DNA from: an uncultured Actinomycetota bacterium
GTDB lineage: Bacteria; Actinomycetota; Actinomycetes; JAFAQI01
DNA: 64,000 nucleotides
NCBI GenBank assembly: GCA_963770565.1
Contig: CAVYQE010000011.1
Span: forward strand, 352,001-416,000
Reading direction: 5' to 3'
Shown piece after piece: positions 8,501 to 19,863 of the stretch. Each line of letters opens with the position of its first letter. Position 1 is the stretch's first letter. The notes under the pieces are model-generated. The model saw only the letters and a list, made by a program, of their open reading frames with translations, did no database searches and was not told where the DNA came from. Both the position numbers and the translations under genes were made by a program.

Positions 8501-10084
8501 TCAGTGGAGTTGGATGAAGGTGAGCGTCGCGAACGGCCCGGCACCGACGTGGTTGCGGGCGCGGACCTCCACGAGGTAGGTGGTGGCCTTGTGGAGACCA
8601 ATTCGGCTGGCATGGCGGTGCCGCTTGGTGCTCGCCCACGCCGTCCAGCTGCGCCCGTCGTTGGACGACCAGCGGACCTGGTAGGAGCTGATCAGTGCGC
8701 TGCCGTGAAAGGCCGGTATCCGCCAGCTGATGCGTGCCGCCCCGGCGTGCGGGAACGTCACCTTCAGGCTGCGGGGTGCGGCGGCGGCGCCCACGATCAC
8801 CGCCACCGATTCGGCCGACGCCGGTCCGGTGCCGCTCACGTTGTGTGCGGTGACGCTGAACCGGTAGTGCGTCGCGTTCGCCAGACCGCGCACCGTGCAC
8901 GTGAGTGCTCCTGAGCTCACGCAAGTGCGCCCACCGGGTGCGGCGGTAACCCGGTAACCGGTGATCGCGGCGGCGCCCGGGTTGGTCGGTGCCGACCAGC
9001 TCACGACCACTGCCTTCGAGCGTGGGCTCGCCGTCACCCTGCGGGGGGCGGATGGCACTCCGGTCGTGATCCGCCCGATCCCCGTGGTCTGCCCGCTTTC
9101 CGACGGCTCGGTGAACCACATGTTGCCGTCCGGACCGGCCGCGATCCCATCCGGAGAGCTGGCTGCGGTGATCCCGGTGCTGAACTCCTTGACCGTTCCC
9201 ACCAATGACGAGATGCCGGTGCCGATCCGGCCGATCTGGTCAACGCCGTACTGACTGAACCACATGTTGCCGTCCGGGCCCGCTGCGATCTGCCGCGGAG
9301 TGCTGTTCATGGTGATCCCGGTGCTGAATTCCGTCACCTTCCCGGTCATGGTGATCCGCCCGATCTGGTCACCATCGGTGAACCACATGTTTCCGTCCGG
9401 GCCCGCCGCGATCCCAAGCAGCCGGCCGCCGGTGATCCCCTGGTTGAACTGGGTCACCTTCCCGGTCATGGTGATCCGCCCGATCTGGCTGTCACCATCG
9501 GTGAACCACATGTTTCCGTCCGGGCCCGCCGCAATCGAGTTCAGGCCGATACCTGTGATCCCCTTTTTGAACTCGGTGACCTTCCCCGTGGGGGTGACTC
9601 GCCCGATCTGGTCATAGAGGGACTCGGTGAACCACATGTTTCCGTCCGGGCCCGCCACGATCGAGGTCGGCCAGCTGTTCGGGGTGATCCCGATGTCCTG
9701 CTCCGTGACCTTTCCGTTGCGGGTGATCCACCCGACCCGGCTAGCCAGCATCTCGGTGAACCACATGGTGCCGTCCGGGCCCGCCGCGATCCCGTACGGG
9801 TCGGCGCCCGGGGTGATCCCTTTGCTGAACTCGGTGACCTTCCCGCTGGGGGTGATTCGCGCGATCTGGCCAGCTTTTGGCTCGGTGAACCAAAGGTTGC
9901 CGTCCGGCCCGGCGGCGACCAACGGCGGGCTGCTCTTGGCGGTGATCCCCGCGCTGAACTCCGTCACCGTCCCCACTGGTGTGTACGTCACCCCAGCGGC
10001 CGGACCCACTGATCCGGCCACGCCGATCGTTGCCACCACAGCGACCAAAACGGCCGAACCTGACCTGCGCGCGCGAGCCACCAT
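8501..10084 (-). CDS. Secreted Vgb-lyase-like 7-bladed beta-propeller + 2 FN3 domains (paralog 3)
   Basis: Same architecture with seven repeats. ATG 10084 after GAAAGGGG. Confidence 0.88.
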   Translation of the reverse strand: MVARARRSGSAVLVAVVATIGVAGSVGPAAGVTYTPVGTVTEFSAGITAKSSPPLVAAGPDGNLWFTEPKAGQIARITPSGKVTEFSKGITPGADPYGIAAGPDGTMWFTEMLASRVGWITRNGKVTEQDIGITPNSWPTSIVAGPDGNMWFTESLYDQIGRVTPTGKVTEFKKGITGIGLNSIAAGPDGNMWFTDGDSQIGRITMTGKVTQFNQGITGGRLLGIAAGPDGNMWFTDGDQIGRITMTGKVTEFSTGITMNSTPRQIAAGPDGNMWFSQYGVDQIGRIGTGISSLVGTVKEFSTGITAASSPDGIAAGPDGNMWFTEPSESGQTTGIGRITTGVPSAPRRVTASPRSKAVVVSWSAPTNPGAAAITGYRVTAAPGGRTCVSSGALTCTVRGLANATHYRFSVTAHNVSGTGPASAESVAVIVGAAAAPRSLKVTFPHAGAARISWRIPAFHGSALISSYQVRWSSNDGRSWTAWASTKRHRHASRIGLHKATTYLVEVRARNHVGAGPFATLTFIQLH

Positions 10085-10337
10085 GGCCCTGCCCCTTTCG
10101 ACCGTCTCCGCCACCCCCACCCGGGCACGGCGAACTGGACGAGCCGTCAATGATCCGGCGACAGCAGATTCATACCAGCGGGATCGCTGCAAAGGAAGCC
10201 CAGCGCTGCTGGTGCGGCTGGTTCTCGCTTCCGATGCCCGACCTGGCCGCATCTCCTTGCGAGCCATCCGTCGCGGCGAGGCTCGGGGTGATCCGTGCGG
10301 TCGAGCGGGCGGAACAACAACCTCGCGTCGGGTCCGG

Positions 10338-11147
10338 CTAGTCGGCCGTCGTTGTGGATGCTGTGTACAGGACGCCGGTCCGTTCGGCGACGGTCGGCCC
10401 TACGGTCGTCGCCTCGGCGACCAGGTCGTCGGCGGACTCGTCGCCGAGCGTCCCGCGGATTTCGTCGATGTTGGCCAGCCACACGTCGTACATGCGCTTG
10501 AGGTCTTCGGAGAACCAGGGAATCTCCTCCCTGGCCTCAACGATGAGTCCACCAGCCCTGATCAGTGGCGTCCAGTCGGGCACCGCCGTAGGGCGCTGCG
10601 GATCGTCGGATTCGTCGGCGGTGAACATGAATCGGCCGCCCGGCCGAAGGATCCGCGCCACCTCGGTGAACACGGCCACCCGATTGGGGGCGAAGAACAC
10701 GGCATCGGCACAGATGACAGAGTCGAAACTGTTCGAGGTGAGGCCGGTGGCGGCGAGATCACCCACCACAAACGTCGCCCGCTCCGCCGGAACGAACTCC
10801 GGCGTGCGCTCGGTTGCCAGCTTCACTGCCACCGGCGACCAGTCCACTCCCGTCAGTATGGCGCCGGTCGCGCGGGCGAGCCAAAGGCCGACTCCGGCAC
10901 GACCGCACGCCAAGTCCACCAGTCGTCCACCGACGCCCAGATTCAAGCCCGAGACGAACCGTCCCAGCGTCCACCAGGTCGTCATGCCCCACGGCTGGAC
11001 CTGTTCGGGGTAGCGCTCGCCGTAGGTCTCACGGCTCAAGCGCCACATCAACTCATTAGCAGTGACTCCGTGGGCGCGATCGAACTCCTTCGGAGTCAGG
11101 TCGGGCCCGATGGGTGCGGTGGCGCCGATCAATTCGTCAGTCGTCAC
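10338..11147 (-). CDS. Class I SAM-dependent methyltransferase
   Basis: LVDLACGRAG motif I, GVDWS, FDSVIC and RILRPGGRF. Confidence 0.88.
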   Translation of the reverse strand: MTTDELIGATAPIGPDLTPKEFDRAHGVTANELMWRLSRETYGERYPEQVQPWGMTTWWTLGRFVSGLNLGVGGRLVDLACGRAGVGLWLARATGAILTGVDWSPVAVKLATERTPEFVPAERATFVVGDLAATGLTSNSFDSVICADAVFFAPNRVAVFTEVARILRPGGRFMFTADESDDPQRPTAVPDWTPLIRAGGLIVEAREEIPWFSEDLKRMYDVWLANIDEIRGTLGDESADDLVAEATTVGPTVAERTGVLYTASTTTAD

Positions 11148-11233
11148 GTCCTCCGCCCCTTTGACCGGCCCGTTCTCCGAAGTCTGCCACGGCCGCCGTA
11201 CGTGCGACCGATGGTCCGTCGGATCCCAAACTG

Positions 11234-11266
11234 ATACTTGATTGATTCCAGAAAATGGGGAAGACT
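11234..11266 (+). promoter_or_regulatory. furA promoter with FurA operator overlapping -35; leaderless transcript predicted
   Basis: ATACTTGATTGATTCCAGAAAAT resembles the mycobacterial FurA site (AGTCTTGACTAATTCCAGAAAAG, from memory). -35 TTGATT 11238-43, 17 bp spacer, -10 AAGACT 11261-66, GTG at 11273. Confidence 0.75.
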
Positions 11267-11272
11267 CGCAGC

Positions 11273-11716
11273 GTGCCGGTGACTGCTGACTTCGAGCAGA
11301 TGCTGCGCGCGGCAGAGCTCCGAGTGACCCGGCAGCGAGTCGCGGTGCTCGGTGCCGTCCACGCTCATCCGCACGCCGACACCGACTCGATTATCGGTAT
11401 CGTCCGCGCGGAGCACGGTGAGGTCTCCCACCAGGCGGTCTACGACGTCCTTCGGGCACTGACGACGGCAGGACTCGTACGACGGATCGAGCCGGCCGGC
11501 TCGGTCGCGCGCTACGAGGCGCGGGTCGGCGACAACCACCACCACATCGTGTGCCGGTCGTGCGGCGTCATCGTCGACGTCGACTGCGCGGTCGGAATCA
11601 CGCCCTGCTTGACTGCGTCCGACGACGGGGGCTTCGAGATCGACGAGGCCGAGGTCGTCTACTGGGGCCTGTGCCCCGACTGCGCCACCACATCAGTTCT
11701 TGAGTCGAGTGCCTGA
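11273..11716 (+). CDS. furA: Fur-family peroxide regulator
   Basis: LRVTRQR, DNHHHIVCRSC and YWGLCPDC motifs. Directly upstream of katG. Confidence 0.93.
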   Translation: MPVTADFEQMLRAAELRVTRQRVAVLGAVHAHPHADTDSIIGIVRAEHGEVSHQAVYDVLRALTTAGLVRRIEPAGSVARYEARVGDNHHHIVCRSCGVIVDVDCAVGITPCLTASDDGGFEIDEAEVVYWGLCPDCATTSVLESSA

Positions 11717-13966
<2,250 letters not shown>

Positions 13967-14074
13967 TCCCCAGCCAGGTCGACGCGTGGTGCCGACCGGT
14001 GCTCACCGACGCGGGATATCGTGCGCGAAATGGCCGGGGGGCTATTGGTCAGTGATCTCGGGTCGGAGGTCAAA

Positions 14075-15067
14075 TTGCGCGCACCACGGGTCGGTCTTGT
14101 CCTCGCTGCGGTTGTTGGTCTGGTCGTGCCGCTGGCCGGCGCGGCGAGCGCAGGCACTCACCGTACGGTCGTCGTCACCCGCGGAGTTCCGAGCCCGCTC
14201 GGCTTCTTCGGAGCGAAGTGCGACACCGGCCAGATCGACCCGCGCGGCGTGCCCGTGCACGTGCCCGGGCCCGGCAAGCCGCCGTCCGGGAAGGGCAGCC
14301 TCGCCCTGCGCGGACCGGACGAGAGGCTGTTCGAGCTGTTCTCGGCGTCGCACCTGGCCACCGCCCTGACCAGCCTGTCGTACTGGGTATACGGCAGCAA
14401 GGCGACCGCGGCAGCAACGGCTGACGTCGTCGGTGAGATCGACATCACGACCTCACCGACCACCTTCGACGAACTGGTGCTGGAGACGCCGGTCAAGGCA
14501 CAGTGGCGACAGCTCAATCCACTCACCGCGAAGGTCGAGCTCATCCATGGCGATTCGTCAACGCCACCAACGGTTTTCACCGATGAAGGCATGACGACGT
14601 ACGCCGACTACCTGACCGGTCATGTCGGCGCGCACGTCTCCGATGCTGCGATCATTTCGTACAACTGCGGCTCCGGAACGGGTGGAAGCGGTCCGGCCGA
14701 TCTCAACGTCGACGACGTCCGAGTCGGGTTCAACGGCTCGAGCACGACCTACGACTTCGAGCCCGATCCGACCGTTGCACTCTCCGCGCACGCGCCACAC
14801 TCCGCGCGTAGGGCGAGCCCGGTTGCGATCACCGGGCTGCTGACCCGCAAGGGCGGAGCGATTGCGGGTCAGCCGGTCGCACTTCAGGCCAAGCCGAAAG
14901 GCTCGAAGACCTGGCTCGCCGCCGGCACGATCAAGACGACGTACAACGGGCGGCTCTACAGCGTGCAGCTTCCGACCACGACGACGGAGTTTCGCTGGAG
15001 CTTCGCCGGGACGGCGAACGCGGGGGCGGTGACGTCCAAGCCGGTCACCGTTCACATCGCGCACTGA
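14075..15067 (+). CDS. Secreted hypothetical protein with C-terminal Ig-like beta domain
   Basis: TTG start after GGAGG; signal peptide ending AASA; beta-rich C-terminus; no family recognised. Confidence 0.65.
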   Translation: MRAPRVGLVLAAVVGLVVPLAGAASAGTHRTVVVTRGVPSPLGFFGAKCDTGQIDPRGVPVHVPGPGKPPSGKGSLALRGPDERLFELFSASHLATALTSLSYWVYGSKATAAATADVVGEIDITTSPTTFDELVLETPVKAQWRQLNPLTAKVELIHGDSSTPPTVFTDEGMTTYADYLTGHVGAHVSDAAIISYNCGSGTGGSGPADLNVDDVRVGFNGSSTTYDFEPDPTVALSAHAPHSARRASPVAITGLLTRKGGAIAGQPVALQAKPKGSKTWLAAGTIKTTYNGRLYSVQLPTTTTEFRWSFAGTANAGAVTSKPVTVHIAH

Positions 15068-15102
15068 GCCGGCCTCGTCTGGCGTTGCGGAGTCCCGGAG
15101 CG

Positions 15103-16113
15103 TTACGAGGGAGTGGGGACCGCAGCCGGGCCGGTGCTGACGTCAGGCTGCTCGGCCGACCCGGGTGGCGCAGAGTCCTCCTCGTCGTCGGGCGACGCCT
15201 CACCGCCGCCCGCTTCCTTCGACGCCTTCCACCGCGCGGCGACGGTCGACGAGTGGGTGATCTGCTCGGAGTCCAGGTAGAGCCGGCGGTACTCGGCCCG
15301 CAGCTGGTCGAGCCGCACTCGACGTGCGCGGTCGTCGTTTTCGACCGCGCCGTCGAGCTCGGCCGATACCCGCTCGATGAGGGGCCGGACCGCCGCCGGC
15401 AGCTCGAGGTCGGCGAGGGTGGCCTGCTCCCGGCGCAGCCCGGGATCCAGCCAGGCGTCGACCTGCTCGGTCGCGGCCTGGTCGTCGAGGTCGAGTCCCA
15501 GGTGCAGCTTCGCGTTGATCCCGGTCAGCACCGACCGCCAGTCGGTCAGCAGATCGGTGTAGCGGATGAATGCTCGTTTGCTTTCCCGGGTCTGCCGCTC
15601 GGTGCGCAGCTGCACGTTCATCCAGCCGCAGATCCGCGCGGTCGGCCGGTTCGGGCCCTTGTACCAGCGACTGGCGCTCGCGACTGCCTCGGCCGGCGAG
15701 CGGAGCAGCGTGACGTACGACGTCTCGAGGCCCATCTCGCTGCTGACCTGATCCCACAACGGCAAGAACCAGGCGGTGCGCGGATCCTTCACGACGACCC
15801 GGTCGTGACCCTCGAACTGCGTGGTCAACCAGGCCCGAAGCTCTGCGGCCACCTCGGCGTCCTGGCCGGCGGATCTGGTGTGGCGCCACGCGTACGGGCG
15901 GGCGTCCCAGGTTGCGACCTGCGCTCCGCGCAGCAGCCCGGAGTGAAAACCGACCGCCCATCGTGGCTCACCGAAGCCGCGCGGATTCGTTTCATCGGCC
16001 CGAATTTCCGGCTGTGGCACGGCGTATCCGAGGGCCGCGACCGAGCCGCTGAAAGCGCTCGTCCCACTGCGTCCGACGCCCACGACGAGCATCAACTGAG
16101 GGGTCGGCGACAC
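15103..16113 (-). CDS. Sulfotransferase-family P-loop protein
   Basis: VVGVGRSGTS 5'-PSB-like loop, NPRGFGE, VVKDPR and LRSPAEAVAS (3'-PB-like). Confidence 0.75.
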   Translation of the reverse strand: MSPTPQLMLVVGVGRSGTSAFSGSVAALGYAVPQPEIRADETNPRGFGEPRWAVGFHSGLLRGAQVATWDARPYAWRHTRSAGQDAEVAAELRAWLTTQFEGHDRVVVKDPRTAWFLPLWDQVSSEMGLETSYVTLLRSPAEAVASASRWYKGPNRPTARICGWMNVQLRTERQTRESKRAFIRYTDLLTDWRSVLTGINAKLHLGLDLDDQAATEQVDAWLDPGLRREQATLADLELPAAVRPLIERVSAELDGAVENDDRARRVRLDQLRAEYRRLYLDSEQITHSSTVAARWKASKEAGGGEASPDDEEDSAPPGSAEQPDVSTGPAAVPTPS

Positions 16114-16224
16114 CGAAACAGGCTATCCCGGCAACCGGCGCGGCCCGTCGACGAACCTCTGAGTGTGCAGAAGTCCGCACAGTAGGCTCGCGGGTCGGAT
16201 CCATGCGGAGGGAGCACGCGACGG

Positions 16225-19200
16225 ATGGGGCTTGTGGGTCGGGCCAGCCAGAACGCACGAGCCGGGTATCGGCGGCTGATGTCGCCCCGGCTTCGTCGGC
16301 AGTTCTGGCATCTTCGCCAGCGGATTCAGCCGTTGCTCGACGCGCCTCGTCGGGTCGGGCTGAGCGTCGTCATGCCGGTCTACAACGTCGAGAGCTACCT
16401 CGCTGAGGCAGTGGAGAGCGTGCTCTCCCAGAGCTACCGCAACCTCGAGCTGATCCTGGTCGACGACGGTTCGACCGACACCTCCGGCGCACTATGTGAC
16501 GACATCGCGAAGAGTGACCGCCGGGTGCGGGTCATCCATCAGGTCAACGGCGGCCTCGGCGCGGCCCGCAACACCGGGATCGCCGCGGCGCGCGGGAAGT
16601 ACCTCGCGTTCATCGACAGCGACGACTACATCCTTCCCGACGCCTACGCGAAGATGGTCGGCTCGCTTCGCCGGTCCGGCTCCGACATGGTCACGGGCAA
16701 CGTCATGCGCCGCGACGGCAAGCGGGTCTATCCCTCCTGGCTGCAGACCAGGTCGCACCTCGGAGACGCGACCTCGCGCACGCTCGCCGAGTCACCTGAG
16801 TTGCTGTTCGACACGGTCGCGTGGAACAAGGTCTTCCGACTGAAGTTCTGGCAGACCTACGTCAAGACCTTCCCGGTCCGCAAGCTGTACGAGGACACCG
16901 CAACCATCTTCACCGCGATGTTGCACGCCAACGCGATCGACGTCGTGGCAGCGCCGGTCTACGTGTGGCGGCTGCGTGACGAGGGCGGCTCGATCACTCA
17001 GCGGCTGCTCGAGCCCGAGAACATCGACGACCGGTTCGAGATGGTCGACCGGGTCGACGAGATGATCCGGTCCAACGGGCTGCAGGGCGCCCTGGGCGAC
17101 CGGCTGTCGATGAAGGTCCTCGAAGTGGACCTGTGGGTCTATGTCCGCGAGATGCACGACATGCCGCAGGAGACGATCGACCGGGTCCAGCGGGTGGTCC
17201 AGCGCTACTGGCCGGTCGCGTCCCCCGCGGTCAAAGCCGCGATCCCGCCGGATCGGCGGATCTGTTACTGGCTGCTGTTGAACGAGCGCGGGCGAGACGT
17301 CCCCGCCGTACTCGATTGGTACGCCGCGCTCTCCGCCGCCCCGCCGTTGCTCAGGCGGGACGGCGGCGTCCTGCTCGACGTGGCCGGGTGCCCGGTGGAC
17401 CTGGCCGGCCTGCCCTCCGAGTTGCTCGACATGGCCGACGCCGCCGAGGTCATCGCCAACGTGACCGACGTCCGCTGGACCGGACCGACGACCGTGACGG
17501 TCAGCGGCTATGCGTACACCAAGTTCGTCTCGGACGGGTCGCAGGCGATCACGCTGATCGCGAGCGACGAGCGGACCGGCGAATCGGTCTGCTTCGCGAC
17601 CGAGCGGGTCGGGTCCGTGGACTCGGCTCGCTGGACGTCGGACCTGAGCTCCGCGCGCGACCACGACGGGTTTGTCGGCGCGATCGACGTCGAGGCACTG
17701 CGCTCGTCGCCCGGGTCGGACCCGCGGCGCAGTCCGTGGTCCTTGTCGGCCCAGGTCCAGGACGGCGACGTGGTCAAGACGATCGAGTTGCGGAAGGTCT
17801 GGCGGCTCGGATCGGGCGCGGTGGTCGGCGCGTCGCTGCTGTCGGACCACACCGTTGCGATGGCCAAGGTCGAAGCCGGTGAACCGTTGCGGATCCAGTT
17901 CGACGACTCCGGTCTGCTGACCGAGTCGGTCGAGGTCACCGGTACGACGGTAGTCATCCGTCCGAACGACCCGCGGCGGCAGGCAACCCGGGTATGGGGG
18001 GCCGCGCCCGGCGCCAGCAGCACGGTCGAGGCAGATCGACGCGCGGATGGTTCGTTCGTGCTGCGGCTGCCGAGCCCGATCGGCGCCGATCGGTCCGCGA
18101 ACTGGCGGCTGCTTGCGCTCGTCGGCGGCCACGAGATGCCGGTCCTTGCGCCGGCCGGGCCCGACTCCGGATCGGAGCCGAACCCGGACGGACTCCGCGC
18201 CGCGGTCAACCGCACTGGCCAGGCAGTGGTCTGGGCACACCCCGGCGCTGCCCTCGTCACTGGGCTCGGCTTCACCGACGACGGCGAGATCGAGGTCGCG
18301 GGCTCGCTGTTTGCCCTCGAGCAGTTCGAGATCGGTCTGGGGCCCCGGGTGGGTGCGCCGGCGACCTGGCACCAGCCGACCGTCGCTGACGGAAAGTTCC
18401 GGGCCAGGATCCCGACGAACGAGGTCGATCTCGACGGCGTGACGCGACCCCTGCGCTCGGGCAACTACGTGCTGCACGCGCGCCGGGACCCGACGTCGGC
18501 GACGACGTCGGAGGTCCTACTGAGCGACGCGGTGTCGCTGACGCTGCCGGTCACGGAAATGACCGAGTCGATCAAGGTCCGCTTCGTCCGTCGGGAAGCC
18601 GACTGGACCGGCGTCGAGGTGTCGGCACCCGTGCCCGACGAGCTGCTCGGCCGCTACGCCCAGGAGCAGCTCAAGGCACGTCACAGCGCAAGCCCGCGCG
18701 CGCTCGAGAACGCGGTCTTCTTCCAGGTCGATCTCGGCAACTCCGCCGTCGACAGTGCCCTGGCGATCCACCACGAGCTGCGCCAGCGCGGCCTGCCACT
18801 GACGTTGTACTGGGGAGTCGAGGACCTCAGTGTCGCGGTGCCGGTCGGCGGGATCCCGATCGTGAAGCGCGGCGTCGAGTGGTTCGAGACAGTGAACTCC
18901 TGTCGCTACATCGTCAACAACTACGGCGGCTTGTGGGGTCTGTCGAAGGACCCCGAGCAGCGTTACCTGCAGACCTGGCACGGCACGCCGTACAAGTCGA
19001 TCGGGCTGACCGAGGCACGGCACAAGCGCGCCTCCCGGACCCGGCTCGAGCACATCGCCCGGGAGGCGGCCGAGTGGGACGCCTTCGTGTCACCGAGTCC
19101 GTACTTCTCCGCACTGATCCCGGCCGAGTTCGCCTACCACGGAGCGATCCTCGAGACCGGCTATCCGCGCAACGACCGGCTCGCGACCGCAGGTCCGGCC

Positions 19201-19788
19201 GAGTGTGCGGCGATGCGCGCGCGGCTCGGGCTCGACGAGTCGGCGAAGGTCCTGCTCTATGCGCCGACCTTTCGCGAGGGCATGCGCGACGGGTGGCGGG
19301 CCGAGATGTACGACGGCCTGGATGTCGGGGTGCTGGCAAGGATGCTCGGCCCGGAGTGGCACGTCCTGCTGCGTGGGCACAGCTTCAACGCCCGTGACGA
19401 CATCGCCGACCGCAGCGACGACCGGGTCATTGACGTCACTCGCCATCCCGACGTCAACGACCTGTGTATCGCCTCTGACGTCCTGGTGACGGACTACTCG
19501 TCGCTGATGTTCGACTATGCCGCCACCCGCAAGCCGATCGCGCTGTTCACCCCCGACATCAAGCAGTACATCGCGGTTCGCGGGGTCTACTTCGACCTTG
19601 ACGAGCAAGGACCCGGGCCGCTGCACGACGACGTCAACAGCCTGGCCGCCGATCTGCGCGACCTCGAGGGCTTCGCGGCCCGGCACCGGGAGAAGTACGA
19701 CACGTTCCGCGAGAAGTTCGCTCCCTGGGACGACGGCAAGGCCGCGGCGCGAGTCGTGGACGCCTTCTTCGCCGACGTAAAGAGTTAG
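16225..19788 (+). CDS. Bifunctional GT2 glycosyltransferase / CDP-glycerol glycerophosphotransferase (TagF-like)
   Basis: VVMPVYNV and FIDSDD (GT2); QTWHGTP, GYPRND, YAPTFR and TDYSSLMFD (TagB/F); long central linker region. Confidence 0.92.
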   Translation: MGLVGRASQNARAGYRRLMSPRLRRQFWHLRQRIQPLLDAPRRVGLSVVMPVYNVESYLAEAVESVLSQSYRNLELILVDDGSTDTSGALCDDIAKSDRRVRVIHQVNGGLGAARNTGIAAARGKYLAFIDSDDYILPDAYAKMVGSLRRSGSDMVTGNVMRRDGKRVYPSWLQTRSHLGDATSRTLAESPELLFDTVAWNKVFRLKFWQTYVKTFPVRKLYEDTATIFTAMLHANAIDVVAAPVYVWRLRDEGGSITQRLLEPENIDDRFEMVDRVDEMIRSNGLQGALGDRLSMKVLEVDLWVYVREMHDMPQETIDRVQRVVQRYWPVASPAVKAAIPPDRRICYWLLLNERGRDVPAVLDWYAALSAAPPLLRRDGGVLLDVAGCPVDLAGLPSELLDMADAAEVIANVTDVRWTGPTTVTVSGYAYTKFVSDGSQAITLIASDERTGESVCFATERVGSVDSARWTSDLSSARDHDGFVGAIDVEALRSSPGSDPRRSPWSLSAQVQDGDVVKTIELRKVWRLGSGAVVGASLLSDHTVAMAKVEAGEPLRIQFDDSGLLTESVEVTGTTVVIRPNDPRRQATRVWGAAPGASSTVEADRRADGSFVLRLPSPIGADRSANWRLLALVGGHEMPVLAPAGPDSGSEPNPDGLRAAVNRTGQAVVWAHPGAALVTGLGFTDDGEIEVAGSLFALEQFEIGLGPRVGAPATWHQPTVADGKFRARIPTNEVDLDGVTRPLRSGNYVLHARRDPTSATTSEVLLSDAVSLTLPVTEMTESIKVRFVRREADWTGVEVSAPVPDELLGRYAQEQLKARHSASPRALENAVFFQVDLGNSAVDSALAIHHELRQRGLPLTLYWGVEDLSVAVPVGGIPIVKRGVEWFETVNSCRYIVNNYGGLWGLSKDPEQRYLQTWHGTPYKSIGLTEARHKRASRTRLEHIAREAAEWDAFVSPSPYFSALIPAEFAYHGAILETGYPRNDRLATAGPAECAAMRARLGLDESAKVLLYAPTFREGMRDGWRAEMYDGLDVGVLARMLGPEWHVLLRGHSFNARDDIADRSDDRVIDVTRHPDVNDLCIASDVLVTDYSSLMFDYAATRKPIALFTPDIKQYIAVRGVYFDLDEQGPGPLHDDVNSLAADLRDLEGFAARHREKYDTFREKFAPWDDGKAAARVVDAFFADVKS

Positions 19789-19863
19789 AGTCGGTTCGAG
19801 CGCCAGCGAGCTGAAACGAGCGACGCAGCCGCCCTGGCCGACGAATGAGGAGCGACGCTCGCG

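Noticed and set aside
5060-10084. Regular ~126-bp repeats as a CRISPR array or DGR
   Set aside because: The repeats are in-frame protein blades with no spacer structure, and no cas or reverse transcriptase gene is in the window
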